A model generated the notes under the pieces. The model was not told where the DNA came from and did no database searches. It saw nothing but the letters and a program-made list of their open reading frames with translations. A stretch of DNA of 32,125 nucleotides, from positions 1 to 32,125 of the forward strand of contig CAXIUT010000054.1 of assembly GCA_964035545.1 (NCBI GenBank), given 5' to 3'. This DNA is from Bugula neritina (Eukaryota > Animalia > Bryozoa). Positions 1-11,035 of the stretch are shown here, in pieces. Position numbers and translations under genes: made by a program. Numbering within the stretch: the first letter of the stretch is position 1; every line of letters begins with the position of its first letter.

Positions 1-88
1 CCCAACCCCAACCCCAACCCCAACCCCAACCCCAACCCCAACCCCAACCCCAACCCCAACCCCAACCCCAACCCCAACCCCAACCCCA
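1..88 (-). repeat. Left terminal telomere (CCCCAA)n
   Basis: Perfect CCCCAA array from base 1 to ~88, then unique AT-rich sequence. This is the Tetrahymena-type ciliate telomere repeat. Confidence 0.97.
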
Positions 89-306
89 TAATTTTTGATA
101 ATTTATCTATATGATTAGAAAAGTATTAGACTATGAATAAATATCTAAATTTGATCAAAGATAAATATCCTTAATTATTTTGAAAATAAGTAGTGAAAAT
201 AATTAATTTCAATGAACAAATCCTCTTAAGCTACTTTAATATCAGTTTTAAATATGAAAGTTTGATCTTTATTATTCCTGTATTTATATTGATAAATATA
301 TTGGAG

Positions 307-1455
307 ATGTTCCACTCAAAAACAACTCAGTCTCTACTATCATCCCTCTCAGCATTGAAAACGTCAAACTAAAATCTAAAAGACAAGTTAGTTCAAAGAA
401 TTACTTCGAATAATGAATTATTGGAAGAGAAAGTCAATCTATCTAAAAAATATGACTTGAAAAAAGTGAACAAAAGGCATCATAGTATCGAAATATTTCG
501 TTAAAAACTCTAACATAAATTTAAAAATGATCTTAATAATGATTTCAAATTAAATACTATTGCGAAAAATAGTTAAAAAAAGAGATAAGAACTTGAAAAA
601 AGACTAGAATAATTAGCAAAAAGGAATGACCAAAGAATAAATTAACTTAAAAAAATAGAATAAAATGTATTAAAAAAGATAAACACAGATCTCTAAAGAA
701 ATTAAAAAAGAGAAAGACATCTAAAATCAGAATATAAAAGAATCCAGAAAGAATAAAAAAAGATTCACTAAGTAAATAACATTCAAAAGAAATAGGCTGT
801 AGATCAATGGAGGGCTCTACAAAGCTAGAAGTGGAAAGTATAAATATTTGCTAGATAAAATGAATAAAAACAGAAACAGCTGATCGTAAATAAGAATCCA
901 AAACCAACCAAAAAGGAAGATAAACGACATAAATAAGATAAATACATTCCTAATGAGAAGTAGTACAATAGATTGAGATCTCCAACAAATATAAATTCAA
1001 AAGAAGTTGGAAGACAATACTTATAGCAGGCGAAAATGATCCATAGATAAGCAGTATAAGGAAATAAGAAAAAGAAACTCTTAAATTTGAATTTAAAAGT
1101 AGTTAACTATAGCAAAGATATTCAATAACGTATCTTTAGAAACACATCTGATCTCAGTAAAGTAGTCAAACCTGCTATCATAAATAATAGCTAAAGAATC
1201 GTTGAACCTTAAAAATTAAAATAATAAGAAAAAGTAGAGATAGATATAACATAAAAATAAAAGACATAAAACTAATTTATTCTTCCATAAGATCTCTAGA
1301 CTCAACTCTATTTAAAACAGATAAAGGTGAATCTGTCTGAATTATCAAAAAGATAATAATCCAATCCCTAATACATTGACTCAAAACAATCTCAAAAAGA
1401 TAGATAACATGACCTTATCCTCCCAACAACATTTCAACCTCACAACAACTAATGA
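307..1455 (+). CDS. Hypothetical Lys/Glu-rich coiled-coil protein (382 aa)
   Basis: ATG 307 to TGA 1453-1455 with no in-frame TGA when TAR is read as Glu. Charged helical segments such as KKREELEKRLEELAKRNDQRINELKK. No recognisable domain. Confidence 0.75.
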
Positions 1456-1699
1456 TATTTAAGCTATTTTATTCTAAAATTACCTATAAATACAATAATC
1501 ACCTCAATAGATCACATAACGTCTCTATTATTCGTTTGATAATATAAAATTATTATTAGTAGATTAATTATTGCCAATATAGTATTTAATTATCTAGATC
1601 ATCATTATCATGAATTATATATTATCTAAGATTTGAAAATCTTTCTTGTTGTACTTTGAAAGCCTTCAGTAAAGTTATTGTAATTTCAATTATTCATTT

Positions 1700-3244
1700 A
1701 TGTTTAAAGAGAAGCCGCTGACAGCAAGACACTTCCTCAAAACAACTAACCTACGTCCTTCAGCAGAATGCTCTATCTGCTTTGAACTACCACTGAAACC
1801 TGTCCAGTGCTAGGGTCCCTGTGGACATGTCTTCTGCCTAAAATGTGTCTCTGATACCAGAAATAATAATCACGATCGATGTCCAAATCGATGCAGTTCT
1901 CCATTTTTGGTCAAAATGATGCCTGAAATACCTCTAGAATTTTACTGCCCTTTTAACCCTTAAGTTTGTGAGGCGGTAATCAGATCAGTGATGGAATTTG
2001 ATGAACACTATAGAGTATGTCAATATGTGCCTTCTGATATACTAAGAAATAAATAGCTACAAAATCAATACAAATGTTTGGAAGGTCATTACTTGTAGTT
2101 TTATATAGGTTCCTATAAATAAATGATTAATTCCAATTGCAAATAATGTGGATAACTAAAACTATGTCGTTCTTTTTGTAGAATTTGTGATAACTTTTAC
2201 TGTGTGGAATGCAGAGTTCCTCCTTGTTCCAAGGAAGGTTGCCCTCAAGGCCATCCTTTTACTTTTCAAAGAATAGGAGCACTAAATTATCTTTGTGATC
2301 TATGTGGAATTAGTACTGTGATACTTAATGGTGGAGTTCATGATGATAGCTAGTGTAATTTTGGATTATGTGAACTCTGTTTTCAAAAACTACCTGCAAA
2401 AGAAGATAAATCAAAACCCAAAGCAATAGTTTCTAACATCCATACTGACTGTTTATGTGGTACCAAGTTAACATTAGTAAATTCATAGTATTCTGTTTCA
2501 ACTTGTGTGCTCTGCATGAAAACAAAAGAATGTCCTAAACAATGTTTTAACTGTTCTAAAAAGTATTGTATCAAATGCAAACATTTTGATATTTACAGTG
2601 ATAAAACTTGCTCAAGAGATCATTCCTTTAAACATATTTCAATTGATAACAATAGATAAATCAGCAATGAATTTGGATGTATGCGTTGTGGTACTTCAGA
2701 ATATTAGTATTATTATGATTAAATGTGTATGATTCGACTCTGCTAGACTTGTCTTCAATATTCGATTGAAGTTACAACCGAAAGAGAAAGACCAATTAGA
2801 CAAGTTTGCTAAAAAAATCATGTTCTGAAGTACATAACTGGAGATGAAGATTATGAAGATGTTTGTTTTAAATGTCAAAGAAATAAATGTATCAAGTTAG
2901 TTTGTACCTTTTGTTAAGATAATTAAAGAATGTATTGTTTTGAGTGTAAGCCAATAAATCTTACTAATTGTTATTTTAGACATGCTTTGAAGAAGGAAGT
3001 TATTAAAGGGTATAAAGAGTGTCATTTTTGCCAAAAGAAAAAGAAGAAATTTAAAGTATGTAAAAAATGTAATTTTTATGCCTGCAATGACTGTGTTTAA
3101 ATAAGTTTGAAATTGAATATTTAGAATTAGAAGTCATAAAAAATTGAATAAGAAAAGCAGTAGATGAAACAAGAAAGATAAATATTTGAAGAAAATTAGG
3201 TTTATGAGAAAGAATAAATAGGAATAATGGAATAATAAAATTGA
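1700..3244 (+). CDS. RING (C3HC4) finger protein with six Cys/His-rich zinc-binding modules, putative E3 ligase (514 aa)
   Basis: Intronless ORF. RING motif CSICFELPLKPVQCEGPCGHVFCLKC...CPNRC, a TRAF-like linker (CPFNPEVC...HYRVC), six repeats of C-x2-3-H...CxxC...CxxC...CxxC, and an acidic tail. Confidence 0.88.
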
Positions 3245-3340
3245 ACTATCACATTTGATATTTTCATTCGTTATATTGAATTCTTTATCTTCAATAACTA
3301 TTGATATTATGATAAAATACAAATAATATTTTCAAAAGAG

Positions 3341-4232
3341 TCATGAATTATTCATCATTGATTCTGTCTGTTCAATAAAATGGTCGTTTGTTTCTAAGTT
3401 TTATCCATACTGAATAGCATGATCTGCTTCTTGTAAAAGTTATCTGATGCTATCTTCATTTTTGAGATTCAAAGGTGAAAGAGTAACCACATCATTGTTA
3501 TCAATGACTTTTCTAATTTGACTATAAAGGCTCTTCCCCTCTGGATAGTTGTAATTATCGATTGAAAAGAAGTTCAGATATTTTTAAATCTTGTCTTGCT
3601 CCTTAAGAAGATCACACTTAGTTAGGACAGTGATAGCTGGTAACTCAAGAGTCAGTTGAATTGAAAGTGCTCTATATTTAATATTTATTACTGTAAAATT
3701 CCTGATAAAAACTTGTTATTTTATCCTGTGAAGTTGATGTCCATCATATACATTGAAATCAAAGAAAAACCTATCTATATTGATAAAATACCATAGTTTT
3801 GTAATATTTTCACAAGTTCTCTGAAGATGTTTTGATCATTGTAGATTTAAATTTGTCCTGGGCAGTCGAAAATAACATAATCATCTTCATGAACACATTA
3901 GTTAAGTTTTTAAGCAAGCCAGGATTAATTTTGAATCAGATATTCCATACAAAAGAGAAGCGCGCCATTGGGTCCAAGTTCCATTTCCTCCATAGCATCT
4001 TCTAATGTGATCAAATCTTTAATATCTATCTAAAATTGAACTTACCACAATCGCAACGATAACTGTTGTACTATGCTGCTGGATCTAGATTGAAGATGAC
4101 GATATTTCTTTTCAAAGTTTAAGCCATTTCCTGCATTACTTGACTGTAAGTAGACTGAATAACAAATCTAAATACTTTTCCAGAACCAGCAGGACCGATA
4201 ACCATTTGTCCGAAGTATATTCCTTGATTCAT
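3341..4232 (-). CDS. GPN3: GPN-loop GTPase 3
   Basis: Motifs [12 protein letters not shown]|[38 protein letters not shown] and DHAIQYGE. Introns at 4155-4175, 4026-4045, 3771-3791 and 3672-3691 restore the frame. Confidence 0.93.
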
Positions 4233-4319
4233 TGTTGATAAATTGCCGATGCAATTAGTTAATTATTATTACAATGACTCTACTAATCTACTAATATTAA
4301 ATGTTTATTATAGATGATA

Positions 4320-5403
4320 TCATACATAAAAATGCTTTGAAGTTGCAATAGCATGGAATTCAGGAGACATCTCTCTAAAATTTGAATTTTAAAGGAAATT
4401 ATCTTTGTTTTTTTTAACATTAGAAACACATTTTCTTTCCATCATCAACTTTGAAGGACACAGTGGAGACTACTTCTCGAAGTAATTACTCTTGTAATTC
4501 GTGTCTAAGTCAATAACTGTCTACCAAATCTATGAATAAACTCAGGATTTTGTTAGTGTTTATCAGAAATATGGAATGTACCAATTGGTCTACTAACTTC
4601 CTCTGGGTTATGTTTAAATTTTTATGCGTAAACTGAAGAATTCATCCACTTGACTCCTGATTTCAAAGAATCAGGTTGTTTGAGATCATGTTCCTTTGAT
4701 ATTTATTTGACCTTAAACTACTTTGAGTAAATAGTTTTTCCAAGGAAAGGAAATTATCCAATTGAATGTTTGTTTGTTGGTTTAACCTTCATAATCAAAT
4801 AAATACATACTGGTTATTTCCTTTATGTCCTGGAAAAGAATGTCCATAACTACTAAGATTTTGAGAAGGTCCCTAAAATCTTAGAAGATCTTCTGGTCTG
4901 GGTTTTTCAACTTTGTTCAATTTAAATTGATAGTCTTTAAGATATTGACTGTTTATATCTAAATGATCAGCTTTCAGAGGCTAAGTACAGTTTGTTTTGA
5001 TAACTACTGGTTGAACATTCTTTTGAGGCTTAAAACTTTTCTGGTAAATAGATTTTTTTTTAAGATCAGGTTTTATAACATTCAATTTACATAGATGCCT
5101 TCCACAGTCACAATTATTGCATAAACAGGAATCATGACTATGATGTGAAAAATTGATTTTTTTGAGAGTTTGAACCATTTCTTCTTGAAAGGGGTTCAAA
5201 TTACTGTTGAAAGTAGACTTACTAGGTCGATTAAACTCATATCCTTGGGATTAATTTTAATCTTTAGGTATAAATGAATTGCTTCTTTTGATCTTTTTCT
5301 CTTTATCTCCTACTACACTCATTGATTTAGATGGCTTATACTTATATCTTTTCATGAACTCTTATTTCAACTTGTTTTTAAGTTCTTAGAAGTCCTTCTA
5401 CAT
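4320..5403 (-). CDS. SAXO/STOP (FAM154)-like microtubule-stabilising protein (347 aa)
   Basis: CLCNNCDCGRHLC resembles the SAXO N-terminal Cys motif. It is followed by repeated S/T-x-Y-xxx-F/Y motifs (SIYQKSF, SQYLKDY, SSYGHSF, TIYSKEF, SVYAENF, TNYKSNY). 20-nt introns at 4787-4806 and 4505-4524. Confidence 0.75.
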
Positions 5404-5597
5404 CTTAAATAAAATTAAACTTCAAGGTTAAATATCTAATATTTATCTCAAAATTTACTTCTGCTGTACTTTAAAATCGAACAATATGATTTGAAGCTTA
5501 TTTCATTTATTATAAATTTGATTGGCTAAAAATACTAAGAAAGAGTTGATAGTTTATCTTTTATAAATGATTTAAGAACTCTCATAATTATATCCAA

Positions 5598-8500
5598 ATG
5601 AATTTAAAGCCAGAATAGCAAATTCTCATAAAAGATATCTTTGCTGTTTCAGTCAACAAAAGCGAAAGTTAATTAATGTTTCTGCCTGAATTCGTCAGAG
5701 ATGTTTCTACCTTCGGACGTATTTTTTCAATTCCACAGCTAGTGCCTCTCTTGTTGATCACTCCACTTACTTTGACTCCCTTCTGATGTAAAGGCTACAA
5801 ATATCGTACCATTTTTCCTATCTAGACAAACAGATATCCTCGGTTATTTAGAAGAAAGTTGGAATCGAGCTGAAGATGCGAAAAGTAAACCTTGGAATAT
5901 CGATCAAAGACAACAGGATTTTATCAACTACTCTATTGAAGTACTTTTTACAACATTTAGATTATCAAAAATTTTATCACTCTTTCACTACAAGATCCTT
6001 AAATCTTTCCTGAACAACTTTTACCAGATTCTGATCTTGGGTCTGCACCTACAAGTACAAACATCAATAATAAAGGAAATAATTAAATAGCTAGAAAACT
6101 TGTCAGTCACTTCGAAAAAAGAGGACTTAATCCCGAACTCTTAGAAGTTGTTATTAATGGTAGTGAAGACTAGTTTAGATAGTAAATTCTAGAAGTACTA
6201 GTTTCTCGTCAGAGATTTGTCACTATATTCGAATCAAAAGCTATGTTCTACCTTTCAACTTTAATTGATCTCATTCGTATTCCAGAATGGAAGCAAGCCT
6301 TTCTGAAAATGAAAATTACCAAATTTTTACCATAGGGAAACAAAGGAGGTGCTATTTTCGATTCTTTCACCTCTTTTGGATTATTTATGCGTATCTCTAC
6401 CTTAGGTCAAAGAGTTAGTGGACATATTTATCAAGAAGCACTCGCTAACTAAAAATTTTAGGAAAGAATGGTTGATCAACTTGGAAATGATCGACTTACT
6501 AGACAAAAAATCAGAACATTCTAAGGTCTAGGTTCATAGTACAGTAGTAAGTTGTCCGAAGGGTATCGAGAACTAATGCGTAAAGATAGTCAAAAAATGT
6601 TCTTGGAGTGGAACTATAAGTTATTGATAAGCAACTTAGGTAGGATGAAACTGGGACACAGAATATACAACCCTTAAAGCAATGATCTTTCTCATGATGG
6701 CTTACTAGTAAATGCTTATAACTGTCTGTTAGGACTCTGCAAAGCTATTACCAGTCGACAAGACGATAAATGGAAGAATATTGATCCAACTTACTTCATG
6801 TATCATTAAAAAGCTTCTCTTTTTAGAGGAGATCCTATTTGTTCTAAATCAGATGTGAAGTGTAATGGAAGCAAATAATTTGGAACTATTACATAGTTTT
6901 TCTTTCTAGCTATGCTATTTTTACATGTTGGAATCTGCGGATCCATGTAAAACTTTTCTATGTATCAAGAAATGAGAAAGAACATGTAAAAACAACTAGA
7001 AAACATCAAGGGAAGGTTTCCTGAAGGACATCCTGTTAAAAAAAAAGCACAAAACTAACTGAATAAAATTCAAAGTAAAATACTAAGATATTGGATTCTT
7101 TTAAATGATGAGTCTCTTATCAATCCAACAATAAAACTGCTTAATCTACTACTTGATCGACTTCCCTCCTGGATGGGAATCGACTATGGACAGATGAGAG
7201 ACGCAAAGATCTAGTAAAAAGCCAACTAATTATCTCACTATCTTCCATAAATGCTTCTTTAATTAGTAAGCAAATATCATACAACTATGTTCAGCATGAA
7301 ATAGCACTATCTATCTGTAATAGGAGAGGAACATATTCGTCAAGTTTTATAACTTACCTGTTTCCTTCTATGTGAACAAGATATAGTTACTAATCCCTAT
7401 TTGTCAGCAGGATATGTTTAGTTAGTATTTTATTTTCTACAGGACCGAAAAGCTGGTATCGTTCATGAACAATTAAGAGCAAGTTCAGTCATTGTTAAAA
7501 ACTTTACTTTTGGATTAATTAGATTTTATTGTGGTATTGCGCATACTGGTAGATCCAATCAGTTTTATTAAAAGTTTAAATACAGACAAATGGCAAATAG
7601 AATATTCACAATTCTATGGAATTATGAAGTTTTTAGATAAAACTTGAAGTTATATTTCTATACAAGTCTATTTTAGAAGTTTATTAACATGATTCTCACA
7701 GATACCAACTACTGCTTCGATTAAACTAGTTAAAATTATGAAAAATATCGAGCTTCTCTTGATAAAAAAGCTGAAGGACCTCTATCTCAAGAAGATATTC
7801 AAAATTAAGAAATGCTTTAAAGAATCATTGGAGCTAACTTAGAACACTGTAAAAGCAATCTAAAATTAATGAGATAGATTACTGTCTGGAGTCCTGAAAC
7901 TTTCCTCACAGAAGCTGACAGAAAAACTGCTGTACCATTGTTCAATAATGCTTTGAGAATATTTTTAGATGCTGGAGGATGGATTTCAAATCGAGAACTT
8001 CTTCATAAATTCAAATTTTAAAGCGGAAGAGCTCTTTCAGATTTGGTTCAAATTTATGCAAATTTAGATGTAAATAAATAAATATATAGATTAATGAGAT
8101 CCTTTCTAATGAAATTGTTCAAGACAGTAGAAGTTATAAAAAAGAATATTTCTCAAAAGCTTTACAAAGAGCTAGTAATTAGCACTATACAGCTATCAAT
8201 GTTCTTGAAAGATTTGAAGATTTAATCAATAAATTATCAACTGCAGAAAATTAAGAATAAAATGAAGAAATCTATGGATAAATCCCTGATAAATATTTAT
8301 GTGGTCTCATGAGTACTGTAATAATGTTTTAATATAGTTAATGAAAGACCCAGTGAGACTTCCAGGAGGATAATATGTTGTTGACTTTGTAAATATCAAA
8401 AGACATCTACTTAATGATGAAAGAGATCCCTTTACAAGACAACCCCTCAAAGAAACAGATTTAATTATCGACAAACAACTCAAATAATAGATATAAAAAT

Positions 8501-8628
8501 GGAAAAAACTCAGATTATAAGAACTAAAGAAAGGTGGGAAGGAAGTTAAGTATGGTAAAATTGCTGCTAATCAAAAATAGACCTAAGAAGGTACTTTTGC
8601 AAATCAGCCTATCATCGAGTAAGAATGA
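5598..8628 (+). CDS. UFD2: Ubiquitin conjugation factor E4 (Ufd2/UBE4), U-box protein (~996 aa)
   Basis: Ufd2 core motifs (SHDGLLVN, NPYL, QFYEKFKYR, DSRSY) and a C-terminal U-box GEIPDKYLCGLMST|LMKDPVRLP...IKRHLLNDERDPFTRQPL. 20-nt introns at 8070-8089 and 8318-8337. Confidence 0.93.
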
Positions 8629-8688
8629 TTCTGAACACCAATATCAATTTAATATCATATTATTTCATCATAAACAATATCTATTTAA

Positions 8689-10841
8689 TCATAAATTTAA
8701 CCTGCCTTCTTGCTCAAGGAACAACAACAAATCTCTTGAGAAATGATCTCTCATCACAGAGTAAGGAATAAACCTTTCAATCAATTTATAACCATCACCT
8801 ACTTGAACTTTGAATACTTTGGTATCTCCTACGTTGCAATAACTCAAAATTCTGTGAACTATTGGTTTCCTCGTCTTTATTTATTGTTCTGAAATTATTC
8901 CCTTTAGAAATACATCAGAAATTATTATTGATTCATTTTCTTTTTCAGCAGTTGAATTGTTAGTTTATTTAGCTATATACTTTTTGTTCAAAGGTATAAA
9001 TTAAATTTGATTAGTCAATTCTTACTTTGCTAAGACTCTACTACTAGAGATAAACTATTTGATTGATTTTTATGGAGATCCAATTATTCTTTATTCATTC
9101 TTTTTAGATTATCTTTTTTCTTCTTCTTAACAATCAACATTTTCAATAAAAGAGTTATCAAAAAGCTGCTACTTCTATTCAATAGAGTTTTTTTGGATAT
9201 TTTATTTTTGATTCAGTAAAGAATTATTAAATAGAGAAGAAGAATCCTAAATTTTAAAACTTTTATTAGGCTTTAATCTAAATAAGAACATATATACTCG
9301 AACTATGAATTTTTAGGTTGTATGGAATTTAATTATAAACCATTAATAAATTATTATTCAATATTCTTAATTTTGGGGTTGGGGTTGGGGTTGGTGGTTG
9401 GGGTTGGGGTTGGGGTTGGGGTTGGGGTTGGGGGTTTGGGGTTGGGACTTTTTTAATTAACTAAAGGTTAGTCTACTATATCCTATTTTATATTTTTATT
9501 TAAAAATTCTATTTATTTCTATTTTTAATCCTCATTTTCATTTTAATCTAAATTTTATTGAATATTTTCTTATTTTATATTTTAGAATTCTACTTGATCT
9601 TCTTTCTAAAATTCCTCATGATTAATTTGATTTTAATCATGATTCATCTATTTGAAATTATCCTAGTTTATCATCTACATCTTTTCATTATTGATCTTCT
9701 TTTAAGAAAGTTCTTCTGACTAATTTTATTATTGTTCAACTATCTCCATTATTGGAAATTCATTTTTGATGACAATATCATAATTTGAATCTTAGTATTC
9801 TTTTCTTGAATCTGTTGATACTAACCTTCGTTTATTTCGATACATATATCTTGTTATGTTTCTTTCCACAGGAAAACAACTTGTTAGTTTTGAATTTCTC
9901 TTCGATACTACTCTATCTATCAATTTGTTCTTTGATAAATTGCCTTTGCTTGGAGAAATTGAAAAATATCGATCAACTTTCTTGTTTTCTTATCTATTTT
10001 CAACTTTAATAACTGGTTAAAGTTTAACTTTTTACTGTTATATTTTCAATTTTTTATTATAATTATTTTTTATTTACTATTCTAATTATATTTTCATCGA
10101 TTCTGGTTTAATAACTTATTCTTTTAACTCTTATTCAATATCTTCACGAACTTTTTACTTTTCAAGTTAGAGATTCTCACTATTTTATTTTATTTGACTT
10201 TTTTATTCAATCATTTCTTCTTCATGACTGGATATTGATAGTCTAATGAATCTTGATGAATTTTAAGACGAATGTTCTTAATTTAAAGATTGAATTTCCT
10301 AATTTTCAACTTAACTATTTTATTAATTATTTTCACTTTAAATCTTAACTTTATTTTGTTTTTTATTTCTTTTCGGAATTCTAACTTTTTTCAAATTATT
10401 TCTTTTCTTTTTTGGCATAGATTTTTTGTTATATTTTCTTTTTTTTATTTGTTTTTATTTAGTCTATTTTTTAAAAGCCAATTAATTTTAATCAATTTAT
10501 TGACGTTCTTTTATAAATTTGCTTTTTAGAAGATAGTAATCATGTTTTTTAAGAGGTTGATCTACTTTTCCAGTTTAAAATTGTAACTTCCACTTGTTTT
10601 AAATAGATTTAATTTTTTGATGATTATTTTTTTAATACTAAATTACATCTTCCATCACCTATTGAAGATTCACTATTGGCTACCAAGTATTATCAGATTC
10701 ACTATAACCTTTCCATTTAACTTCATATAATCGATTTCCCTTCCAAACTTTAAAATCAACTATACTCTAACATTCATATTATCCATCTTGTAGCTCATAT
10801 CTCAGTTTCAAACTTGGCTTATTGTGATTCTTTTTAGGCAT
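8689..10841 (-). CDS. HP1-like protein: N-terminal chromodomain, long charged hinge, C-terminal chromoshadow-like domain (~710 aa, including a telomere-encoded 24-aa segment)
   Basis: Chromodomain EYECESIVDFKVWKGNRLYEVKWKGYSESDNTWEPIVNL with intact Y/W/Y cage residues. The frame is open from ATG 10841 through the telomeric tract 9375-9446 to a 20-nt intron at 9278-9297. It ends ...RILSYCNVGDTKVFKVQV...FIPYSVMRDHFSRDLLLFLEQEGRLNL-TGA (chromoshadow-like). Confidence 0.85.
9373..9446 (+). repeat. Interstitial telomeric tract (TTGGGG)~12 with three single-base variants
   Basis: Directly visible, with variants GGTGG, GGGGG and TTT. Lies inside the HP1-like CDS. Confidence 0.95.
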
Positions 10842-11035
10842 TTTAATATTATAGCAGTTTATATTTTGGAGGGATTTACTATAGTTTTATACAATCTTAT
10901 TAGCGCTAAGTTGACATTCTAAATACTCACACTAAATTTATAATTATTTGCAATTTTAAATTGTGATAAATAATAAATTAAAATAACAAAGTTAAAAGAA
11001 TCTGAAATACAAATAGTAGTTAGATAAAATAATAT

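Noticed and set aside
9375-9446. Telomeric tract as a spliceosomal intron
   Set aside because: On the coding strand it is C/A-only. A flanking GT (9448) and AG (9366) would need an ~83-nt, frame-shifting intron, unlike the 20-26-nt AT-rich introns seen elsewhere.
8689-10841. Two unrelated contigs fused at the 9.4-kb telomeric tract
   Set aside because: The two sides are the chromodomain and chromoshadow halves of one HP1-like gene, on the same strand and in a continuous frame, which a random chimera would be unlikely to produce.
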